Shown here: one piece after another, positions 18,658 to 26,551 of the stretch
Numbering within the stretch: the stretch's first letter is position 1
How the letters are laid out: every line of letters starts with the position of its first letter
Source of the DNA: Actinomycetota bacterium
Lineage (GTDB): Bacteria > Actinomycetota > Acidimicrobiia > Acidimicrobiales > Ilumatobacteraceae
DNA: 49,826 bases
Assembly (NCBI GenBank): GCA_043755475.1
Contig: JAYUSX010000439.1
Coordinates: 1-49,826 of the forward strand
Direction: 5' to 3'
Notes under the pieces: generated by a model
Told to the model about the DNA's origin: nothing
Databases searched by the model: none
Seen by the model: only the letters and a program-made list of their open reading frames with translations
Translations under genes and position numbers: made by a program

Positions 18658-20001
18658 ATGCCCTCCCCACGCCTCGACGAGATCGCCGCCCTCATCGCCC
18701 ACGAAGGCGTGCACACGGTCGAGCTCGCCACCATCGACACGTACGGCCACCTTCGCGGCAAGCGGGTGCCGGCCGGCCGCTTCATCCGCACCGTCGCCGA
18801 GCACGGCGCGCACATCGCCGACGCAATCTACGTCATGGACGTGCAGTGTGAGATCGTCGACAGCCCGCTGATCAACATGGGGGCGGGGTTCCTCGACATG
18901 CACCTCGAACCCGACCTGTCGACCTTCCGGCTGCTGAAGCACCGGCCCGGATACGCAACGGTGATGTCGAACAGCATCGACCACGAGCACAAGCCTCATC
19001 CGCTCGACCCGCGCAACGTGTTGCAGGCCCAGGTCGACCGAGTGAACGCCCTCGGCTACGACCCGATCGCGGCGACCGAGCTCGAGTGCTACGTCTGCAA
19101 CGACGACTGGACACCCGTCCAGTCAAACGTGCAGTACTCCTCGCTGATCGACAACTTCCCCCTCGAGCGGTGCGTCGCCGACATGCGCTCCGCGCTGCTC
19201 GACCTCGACATCCCTTTGGAGTCGTCGAACCCCGAGTACGGGCCGGGCCAGCTCGAGATCAACTTCGGCCCGGCCGACCCGATGCGCACCGCCGACAACA
19301 CCATCTTGTTCAAGGCCACGGTGAAAGAGGTGGCTCGCGCCCACGGTTTTCGGGCGACGTTCATGCCCAAGCCGTACGCGGGTCAGTCCGGCAATGGCAT
19401 GCACGTGCACACGAGCCTGTCGAAGGACGGTCGGAACGTGTTCGACGGCGGTGATGGCCACCTCTTGAACGACGTGTTCCGCCACTGGGTGGGTGGCCTG
19501 ATCCACCATGCCCGATCCATCAGCCTGATGGGCATTCCGATGGGCAACGGATACAAGCGGGTGCGGCCCTACACGTTCTGCCCCACTCACGCTCACTGGG
19601 GCGGCGACAACCGCAGTGTGCTGTGCCGCTGCACGGTGGGCCAGGGCCAGGCGAATCGGGTCGAGTTCCGTGGTGCCGGCGCGGACGCCAACCCGTACCT
19701 CATCGTCGCTGCGCTCCTCGCCGCAGGTGCCGACGGCCTCGAGCGCCAACTCGACCCCGGCCCGCAAGCCCTGGGCGACCAGTACGACGATCCGGGGGAT
19801 CACCCGCTGCTGCCGGCGACCTTCGCCGAGGGCGTCAGCGCGTTCGCCGGCAGCTCGCTGGCAGCGTCGTTGGGCGAGGAGTTCGGCGTGAACTTCCTCG
19901 CCCTCACCACCAACGAGCTCGCACGGTACGAGGCGAGCGCCGGCGGCGACATCGACGACGTGACCGAGTGGGAGTTCGCCCGCTACGTCGAGTTCACCTG
20001 A
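18658..20001 (+). CDS. Glutamine synthetase family protein (gamma-glutamyl-amine ligase type, PuuA/GlnA3-4/IpuC-like)
   Basis: ATG 18658 preceded by AAGGAG. Catalytic-domain signature NPEYGPGQLEINF...FMPKPYAGQSGNGMHVHTSL. Confidence 0.88.
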   Translation: MPSPRLDEIAALIAHEGVHTVELATIDTYGHLRGKRVPAGRFIRTVAEHGAHIADAIYVMDVQCEIVDSPLINMGAGFLDMHLEPDLSTFRLLKHRPGYATVMSNSIDHEHKPHPLDPRNVLQAQVDRVNALGYDPIAATELECYVCNDDWTPVQSNVQYSSLIDNFPLERCVADMRSALLDLDIPLESSNPEYGPGQLEINFGPADPMRTADNTILFKATVKEVARAHGFRATFMPKPYAGQSGNGMHVHTSLSKDGRNVFDGGDGHLLNDVFRHWVGGLIHHARSISLMGIPMGNGYKRVRPYTFCPTHAHWGGDNRSVLCRCTVGQGQANRVEFRGAGADANPYLIVAALLAAGADGLERQLDPGPQALGDQYDDPGDHPLLPATFAEGVSAFAGSSLAASLGEEFGVNFLALTTNELARYEASAGGDIDDVTEWEFARYVEFT

Positions 20002-20065
20002 ACCCACCCACCGCGAGACACCCGCACCACCCGCAACCCGCAACTCCTGGAACGAGCACCTGCCC

Positions 20066-21310
20066 ATGGTCGACATCGCCAGCCCCGAGCTCTACGAGCG
20101 CAGCGGCATCCCGCACGACGAGTTCGCCCGGCTGCGCCGGGAAGAACCCGTGGTGTGGCACGACTGGGAGTGCTCGCGCGGCGGGTTCTGGGCGGTCACC
20201 ACTCGAGATGACGTCACGACGGTCACCCGCGACTGGCACACCTACACCTCGGCCGAGTTCACCAACCTGTTCGAGCTGAGCGCCGCAGCAAAGGTCGCCC
20301 GCAAGTCGCTGATCGACACCGACGGCGCCGAGCACACTCGCCTCCGCCGACTGGTCACGCCGCCGTTCACCATGCGTCGCACGGGCGACTACGACGCCGT
20401 TGCCCGCGGCATCACCAATGGTCTGCTCGATGCGATGCTCGAGAGCGGTTCCGGCGGCAGTGGCGTCGATGTGGTGAAGATGTTGTCGGAGCCCTTGCCC
20501 ATCCAAGTGATCGTCAGCATCCTGGGTGTCCCCGCGGCAGACGCCGACTTCATGGTCGAACTCTCGAACCAACTCGTCGAAGGCACCTCGCACCGCGAGG
20601 TCGACCCCCATGCATACGGCAACACCACCCCACTCGAACTCCTGCCGTTCAACAGCCCGGCATCGCATGCGCTGTTCGAGTACGGGCGCGGCCTGCATGC
20701 CGAGCGCTCCACGTGCCCAGCCGACGATCTGGTCGGCAAGTTGGTCACCGCCGAGATCGACGGCGATCGGCTGACCGATCAGGAGTTCTGCAACTTCTTC
20801 CAGTTGCTGGTCTTCGCCGGCAACGAGACCACCCGCACTGCGATCTCGCAGGGCATCCATCACCTCATGATGTACCCCGATCAGCAGGAGCGACTGCATG
20901 CCGATCCGTCGCTCATCCCGACGGCGGTGGAGGAGATCATCCGGTGTGGCGTGCCCGTGCTGCACATGCGCCGCACCGCGACCACCGATGCCACACTGCG
21001 CGACAAGCAGGTGCGTGAGGGCGACTGGGTCGTGCTCTGGTACGCATCGTCGAACTTCGACGAACAGATCTGGCCGGATTCACGCTCGTTCGACGTCGGC
21101 CGCGCACCGAAGCCCGATCACACGTCGTTCGGCGCCTTCGGGCCACACCACTGCCTCGGTGCACCGCTCGCCCGGTTGGAATTGCGCTTGATGCTGGAGG
21201 AGATCGTGCGCCGTGGGGTTCGGTTCGCGCCGGCGGGTGAACCGGTGCGAGTGGCGAGCAACTTCGTCAACGGCATGCTCCACCTACCGGCCACGGTCAC
21301 CGCTGCCTGA
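20066..21310 (+). CDS. Cytochrome P450 (CYP124/125/142-like), paralog of 13838..15088
   Basis: Heme loop FGAFGPHHCLGAPLARLE, AGNETTRT, SNFVNG. Collinear similarity to P450-1 across the full length. Confidence 0.9.
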   Translation: MVDIASPELYERSGIPHDEFARLRREEPVVWHDWECSRGGFWAVTTRDDVTTVTRDWHTYTSAEFTNLFELSAAAKVARKSLIDTDGAEHTRLRRLVTPPFTMRRTGDYDAVARGITNGLLDAMLESGSGGSGVDVVKMLSEPLPIQVIVSILGVPAADADFMVELSNQLVEGTSHREVDPHAYGNTTPLELLPFNSPASHALFEYGRGLHAERSTCPADDLVGKLVTAEIDGDRLTDQEFCNFFQLLVFAGNETTRTAISQGIHHLMMYPDQQERLHADPSLIPTAVEEIIRCGVPVLHMRRTATTDATLRDKQVREGDWVVLWYASSNFDEQIWPDSRSFDVGRAPKPDHTSFGAFGPHHCLGAPLARLELRLMLEEIVRRGVRFAPAGEPVRVASNFVNGMLHLPATVTAA

Positions 21311-21352
21311 CCCGCCGCACGGACGAGTCCGACGAATCACAGCCCGTCGCGC

Positions 21353-21376
21353 GGAGGATGCGCCGACGGATCCTCC
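21353..21376 (+). terminator. Hairpin GGAGGAT-10nt-ATCCTCC downstream of the P450 operon
   Basis: 7-bp stem about 43 nt after the stop at 21310. No clear U-tract. Confidence 0.3.
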
Positions 21377-21614
21377 TTCAGAGGGATGACGCCGTTGGTT
21401 GTCGATGCGACAGTCGACACATGAAGGTCCCTTCGACATCCCTCGAACGCTCGTCGGCCTCGGCATCGATGATCGGCTCGACCGAGCAGCGCCGGTGTCC
21501 GACGAGATCTGGGCAGCGACCGTGTGAGCTCGGGTCCCGTTGGCATGGGTCGAAGGGCCCAAGAAGCTCGACTCGCGGCATCTCCTGGTGCGATCGGTGC
21601 CTACGATCGGTTGC

Positions 21615-22514
21615 ATGAGTCAAAGTCAGACGAGTCAGATGTTGGAGCGTGTGCGTACCGGAGCCGGCTTCATCGCCGCACTCGACCAGAGCGGCGGCAG
21701 CACCCCGAAGGCACTCCGTCTCTACGGCGTGGAGGAGAGCGAGTACTCCACCGAAGAAGAGATGTTCGACCTGATGCACGCGATGCGCTCGCGCATCGTC
21801 ACCAGCCCTGCCTTCACCGGTGAGCGCGTGCTCGGAGCGATCCTGTTCGAGATGACGATGGACCGTCGGATCGAGGGGATGGGGTCGGCCGAGTACCTGT
21901 GGAAGGTCAAGCAGGTCGTGCCGTTCCTGAAGGTCGACAAGGGCCTCAGCGACGAGAGCGACGGTGTGCAGTTGATGAAGCCCATGCCGCAGCTCGACGC
22001 GCTGTGCGAGCGGGCGGTGGCGGCCGGCGTGTTCGGCACGAAGATGCGCTCGGTGATCCTGCATGCCGATGCTTCCGGCATCGACGCGATCGCGGCTCAG
22101 CAATTCGAGGTGGGCAAGCAGATCCTCGGCCACGGGCTCGTCCCGATCATCGAGCCCGAGGTCGACATCAACAGCACCACCAAGGCCGAGGCAGAAGCAC
22201 TGCTCCAGCAGTCGATCCTCGCTCAGCTCGACGCGCTGGACGCCGATCAGCACGTGATGCTGAAGCTCACCCTGCCCACGGTCGACGACTTCTACCAACC
22301 GCTCGCGCGGCACTCTAAGGTGCTGCGGGTGGTGGCGCTGTCCGGCGGCTACAGCCGTGATGATGCGAATGCGAAGCTGGCCCGCAACCACGGCATCATC
22401 GCCAGCTTCTCGCGGGCACTCACCGAGGGCCTCACCGCCCAGATGAGCGATGCAGAGTTCGATGCCGCCCTCGACGCAGCCATCGCCGGCATCTTCGCCG
22501 CATCGACCACCTGA
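21615..22514 (+). CDS. Class I fructose-bisphosphate aldolase
   Basis: MSQSQTSQMLERVRTGAGFIAALDQSGGSTPKALRLYG... and PFLKVDKGL (Schiff-base Lys region) are typical of the bacterial class I FBA family. Confidence 0.88.
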   Translation: MSQSQTSQMLERVRTGAGFIAALDQSGGSTPKALRLYGVEESEYSTEEEMFDLMHAMRSRIVTSPAFTGERVLGAILFEMTMDRRIEGMGSAEYLWKVKQVVPFLKVDKGLSDESDGVQLMKPMPQLDALCERAVAAGVFGTKMRSVILHADASGIDAIAAQQFEVGKQILGHGLVPIIEPEVDINSTTKAEAEALLQQSILAQLDALDADQHVMLKLTLPTVDDFYQPLARHSKVLRVVALSGGYSRDDANAKLARNHGIIASFSRALTEGLTAQMSDAEFDAALDAAIAGIFAASTT

Positions 22515-22523
22515 CCCCAACCC

Positions 22524-22629
22524 CGCGATGAGAGATGAGTGCCGGTGGCACCCCCATCTCTCATCGAGTCCGGGCGGTGCCCAAGAGCGATGAGAGAAGG
22601 GGGCGGCAGCGACACTCATCTCTCATCGC
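22524..22629. repeat. Two tandem/nested copies of the same REP-like palindrome family seen at 3522-3566
   Basis: Arms at 22525-22541, 22555-22566, 22587-22597 and 22613-22629 are all mutually complementary. The outer pair is a perfect 17 bp. Lies between the convergent FBA and GGDEF genes. Confidence 0.8.
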
Positions 22630-22643
22630 CGGGGTTGGTGTGC

Positions 22644-24323
22644 TCAGGAGACGGTGATCGCCTCGACTCGATTGCGCCCTGCCGCCTTGGCGGCGTACAG
22701 AGCCTCGTCTGCCGAACGGACCATCGCGCTGCTGTCGATCGGTGGGGTCGCACTGACTCCCACCGAGACGGTCACGGCGGGGACGGAGGCATAGGCCGGG
22801 CCCGGAAGGGGCGACGCCGCGATCGCCGATCGGACCCGTTCGACGACCTCGATCGCGTCGACCAGCTCGGCATCCGGCAGGAGCACGGCGAACTCCTCAC
22901 CGCCGTATCGGTACACGAGGTCGCCGGCGCGCACATGCGCCGCGATCACTGCAGCCACGTGCCGCAACACCGCATCGCCGGTCTGGTGGCCGTGCGTGTC
23001 GTTGAACAACTTGAAGTGATCGACATCGACCATCGCCAGGGCGACCGGCATGCGTCGATCACCACCGGCGCCGATGAAGCGATCGAGGTCACGATCGAAC
23101 CGTCGACGGTTGCCTACGCCGGTGAGGCCGTCGTCGAATGCGAGGTGTTCGTGCTCGATCCGCGAACGAACTCCCTCGAGGGCTGCGCCCACGAGAGGTG
23201 CGAAGGTGCCCAGCGTCTCTTCGGTCTGCGGCTGCGGTGACCACGAGACCAGCACTCCGAGCACTCGACCGCTGGCGACGATCGGGACCACGGTCGCGCC
23301 ATCGGCTCGCACCGAACGGCCAGTCGCGACTGCGCGATCCAGCACGCCATCGCTGGGCAGATCGCGGTTCGGAGGCGTCCACGAACATCCGTCGACCACG
23401 ACCGCAGCCTCCGCGCCGACGAGTCGAGCGATCTGTTCAGCCACGGCGCGGAGGAACTCGTCGAGCTCGACGGCAGCCATGATCGTCCGGCCGGCATCGA
23501 GCACGTCGTCTCCCAACGTCGCGCGGGCGTGAGTCGAACGGCGACGGCGTCGCGACAGCGCGCTCACGAGTGTCCACACGATCACCACGACCGCGAGCAC
23601 GATGACCAGCACGATCATCAGGCCGGACGTCGCTCCCGTTCCGGTCGAATCGCCCCCGACCCCTTCGGCAGTGCCGACCGCGGAGATCGCGGACGCGACG
23701 GTGGTCGGAACGTTCGACCGAGCGCCCGGCGTGGTGGCGCCCTGCGTGGCGGCAGCCGGCACGAGAGTCGTCGGCCTTGTCGGCTCGATCGATGTCAGCA
23801 CCGTGGCACTCGGCGCGCCCGTTGGTGCTGGTCCGGTGGCGGGAAGCCCCATCAGGGCCGACCACGGAATCAACAGCTGGTCGTACGCCTTCACGTAGAT
23901 CGCGGTGCCGATCTGAGGGACACCGGGCTGATCCAGCGGAACGTTGCGTGAGAGCACGAGGTCGATCGCAGGCGTGATCGGCTCGCCGATCGCCTCGAGG
24001 CGAGCCAACGCCTGAGGTCCGGACTGACCGTCGAGAGAGCGCAGTTCGTCGATCATCACCGACTCCTGGGAGCGTTCGATGCCAATTGCACCCGGCATCT
24101 CGCGTGCAGCGGTGGGAACGGGCTCCTCACCCCAACCCAGCAGCACGATGTACGCAAGCTCCTGCGTCAGGGCAGACAGCGCTTCGTTGTACGCGGCCAG
24201 GCGTTGCTGGTCGGTCGCTGGCGCCGGCGACGGTCGCACCAGGGAGACAGCTCGCTCGGCGCCGACCCCCGGCGCGCCGACCAGCAGAGCGAACGCGATC
24301 GCGCCGACACAGGTGGAGACCAT
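22644..24323 (-). CDS. Diguanylate cyclase (GGDEF) with signal peptide, extracytoplasmic domain, TM helix and GAF-like sensor region
   Basis: Active site GGEEF with the I-site RAGD five residues upstream. TM helix LMIVLVIVLAVVVIVWTLV. Start set at ATG 24323 (GTG 24326 or 24341 also possible). Confidence 0.85.
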   Translation of the reverse strand: MVSTCVGAIAFALLVGAPGVGAERAVSLVRPSPAPATDQQRLAAYNEALSALTQELAYIVLLGWGEEPVPTAAREMPGAIGIERSQESVMIDELRSLDGQSGPQALARLEAIGEPITPAIDLVLSRNVPLDQPGVPQIGTAIYVKAYDQLLIPWSALMGLPATGPAPTGAPSATVLTSIEPTRPTTLVPAAATQGATTPGARSNVPTTVASAISAVGTAEGVGGDSTGTGATSGLMIVLVIVLAVVVIVWTLVSALSRRRRRSTHARATLGDDVLDAGRTIMAAVELDEFLRAVAEQIARLVGAEAAVVVDGCSWTPPNRDLPSDGVLDRAVATGRSVRADGATVVPIVASGRVLGVLVSWSPQPQTEETLGTFAPLVGAALEGVRSRIEHEHLAFDDGLTGVGNRRRFDRDLDRFIGAGGDRRMPVALAMVDVDHFKLFNDTHGHQTGDAVLRHVAAVIAAHVRAGDLVYRYGGEEFAVLLPDAELVDAIEVVERVRSAIAASPLPGPAYASVPAVTVSVGVSATPPIDSSAMVRSADEALYAAKAAGRNRVEAITVS

Positions 24324-24429
24324 CACGCGAGCCGACCGCACCCTGTCGATCGTCCGGTCGTCTCGTCCCGGCGCACGCCAGCGCACGCATCCTGTCACCT
24401 CACTCCGTGGCGGCGCTCGGTTGCAGTCG

Positions 24430-25092
24430 TCAGACCAGACCTGCGACGACGTTGATCGTGAACGCGATCGTCGCGATGCTGAACACGTAGGCGAGCAGGG
24501 CATGACGCAGCACGGTGGATCGAAAGGCACGGTCGACCGCCGGCGTGTCCGATACCTGGAACGCCATTCCGATCGTGAACGACAGGTAGGCGAAGTCGCG
24601 ATAGCTCGGGGCCTCGTCGCCGGGGAACTCAATGCCGCCCACGGCATCGCCTCCGTAGTACAGATGTGCGTAGCGGAGCATGAACACGGTGTTCACCATC
24701 AGCCACGAGACGACCACGCTGACCAGCGCCGCGACGGTGAGCGAGACCTCCAGCGGCACCGGAGCCCGAGCCGCACGGTGCAGAGCGCTCACGATCGCAG
24801 CAAGGCTCAACACGCTCGATGAAACGACCATTGCTCGCGAGGCTGCCCTGCTGTCGTCTTCACGAGTGGCGACGCGAGCGGTGGTCGCAGCATCGAGCTG
24901 ACCGACCTCGCTCCAGATCCAGGCGAGCAGGATGACCGTCATCACGATCCACCCGACGAGCACGGCCAGCTCCCATGCCGTCCAGAGCGCCGTCACCAGG
25001 GCTGCGACGAGCCCGACCAGCGCACACGCGCCGACACGACGAAGCTCTGAGCTCGAAAACGTGCTCGAGCGTGCGCGCGACGACTGGTTCAC
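24430..25092 (-). CDS. DUF1345 family membrane protein
   Basis: Several TM helices and the C-terminal FAYLSFTIGMAFQVSDT signature. GTG start at 25092 or 25101 is uncertain. Confidence 0.65.
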   Translation of the reverse strand: MNQSSRARSSTFSSSELRRVGACALVGLVAALVTALWTAWELAVLVGWIVMTVILLAWIWSEVGQLDAATTARVATREDDSRAASRAMVVSSSVLSLAAIVSALHRAARAPVPLEVSLTVAALVSVVVSWLMVNTVFMLRYAHLYYGGDAVGGIEFPGDEAPSYRDFAYLSFTIGMAFQVSDTPAVDRAFRSTVLRHALLAYVFSIATIAFTINVVAGLV

Positions 25093-25102
25093 ATCACACA
25101 CT

Positions 25103-25133
25103 CTGGTCGATCGAGACCCCTCCGATCGACCAG
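25103..25133 (-). terminator. Perfect 11-bp stem hairpin (CTGGTCGATCG-9nt-CGATCGACCAG) just downstream of the MFS gene
   Basis: Read directly from the sequence. It lies 12 nt after the stop at 25145 and just upstream of the DUF1345 start. Confidence 0.45.
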
Positions 25134-25144
25134 CGCGCTCGTGT

Positions 25145-26395
25145 TCAGGAGGCAGCGAGTTGCAGGTCGGCGACCGCTGCGCGGCCGTCGATCGCGGCAC
25201 GCCAGTTGCGAGCGCGGATCGTCAGCAGCCAGAATCCGACCAGGCCGATCACCGCACCCGTCGCGAACGCGACGTGGAGGTTGATCAGGTCGCCGATCGC
25301 TCCGATGAACAGGAGGCCGAGACCGTAGGTGATGCCGAACGTGGCCTGCATCAGCGACATCACCCTGCCGCGGCTGGCCGGTGGTGCATCGCGCTGGATC
25401 ACCGCTGAGAGGGTGATGAACAAGCTCGACCATGCGCCACCGAGCACGAAGATCACCGCGATCAACCACGTCAGGGTCGGGGCGAATGCGTAGGCGACGA
25501 GGAGGGTGCATACGGCGAGAACGGCGCCGACGACCAGGGTCGAACGGGCGAATCGCTGGGCCAGGAACGAGATCAGGATGCCGCCGATGATGGCGCCGAC
25601 CCCCTGGGCAGAGGCGACGAGGCCGACCATCCCGGTGCCGCCGTCGTAGTTGCCCTGCACGTAGATCGGCACCAGGCCCATGAACGGGACGAGCATGCAG
25701 TTCAAGAGGGCGAGCATCACGAGCGCGTGCCAGCAACCGGGCGTGGCACGCAACGCTTGTGTGCCAGCGCCGAGCCGCTCACGCACGGTTCCGGAGTCCC
25801 CATGTGGCGTGAAGGAGCGACGGACGGCCACCACGGCGCCGGCCATCACCACGAACGACACGGCGTTGAACGCGATCGTCCACGCCGGGCCGACGACGAG
25901 GACGAGCAACGACCCCAGGATCGGACCCAGCACTCGACCGCTGTTCCACGAGTAGACGCCGAGCGACACCATCTGCATCAGCTCGCGCGGCGGCACGAGG
26001 TCGGGCTGCATCGCTGCGTACGATGGAGCGCCGATGGCGCCTGCGGCGCTCCCGATCAGGATCAACAGCGTCAGCACCCAAGGAGTTCGCACCCCGGTGC
26101 CGATGACGACCGCCAGCACGGAGGTGACCGTTGCCTGTGCCATCAATGCCGATGCGAACACGCGACGACGGTCGAAGCGGTCAGCGAGCAGCCCGCCGAT
26201 TGGTGAGGCGATGCCCTGAGGCATGAACGTGGCGAGCGCGACGAGGCCGGTCTGCAGGGCGCTGCCGGTGCCGGATGCAACCAGGCTGCCGACCACGATC
26301 AACTGCACCCAGGTGCCGATGTCGCTCACCACGGCGGCACCCCACAGCAGGCGCACCGCACGGTGGCGCAGGGGGACGAACGGGTGGTTGCTCAC
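25145..26395 (-). CDS. MFS transporter (MFS_3 / enterobactin-exporter-like)
   Basis: 12 predicted TM segments. N-terminus PLRHRAVRLLWGAAVVSDIGTWVQ is typical of this family. Confidence 0.85.
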   Translation of the reverse strand: MSNHPFVPLRHRAVRLLWGAAVVSDIGTWVQLIVVGSLVASGTGSALQTGLVALATFMPQGIASPIGGLLADRFDRRRVFASALMAQATVTSVLAVVIGTGVRTPWVLTLLILIGSAAGAIGAPSYAAMQPDLVPPRELMQMVSLGVYSWNSGRVLGPILGSLLVLVVGPAWTIAFNAVSFVVMAGAVVAVRRSFTPHGDSGTVRERLGAGTQALRATPGCWHALVMLALLNCMLVPFMGLVPIYVQGNYDGGTGMVGLVASAQGVGAIIGGILISFLAQRFARSTLVVGAVLAVCTLLVAYAFAPTLTWLIAVIFVLGGAWSSLFITLSAVIQRDAPPASRGRVMSLMQATFGITYGLGLLFIGAIGDLINLHVAFATGAVIGLVGFWLLTIRARNWRAAIDGRAAVADLQLAAS

Positions 26396-26551
26396 GACGC
26401 TCCGACGATACCGAGCGGTCCAGGCGCCACTCGGGTTGGTTGCCGCGCGTCACACCGCGCCGCGCCGAACGCTCGCGTGAACCGCCGCGCAATCCGTGAA
26501 CGTAGGCTCCACCCGGGTGCGGGGGCACCCGACGAGCTCCTTGGGGGAACG

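Noticed and set aside
26507-26516. 10-bp palindrome CACCCGGGTG in the MFS/sulfatase divergent region, as an operator.
   Set aside because: A short GC-rich palindrome is expected by chance in this base composition, and there is no second copy or partner regulator in the window.
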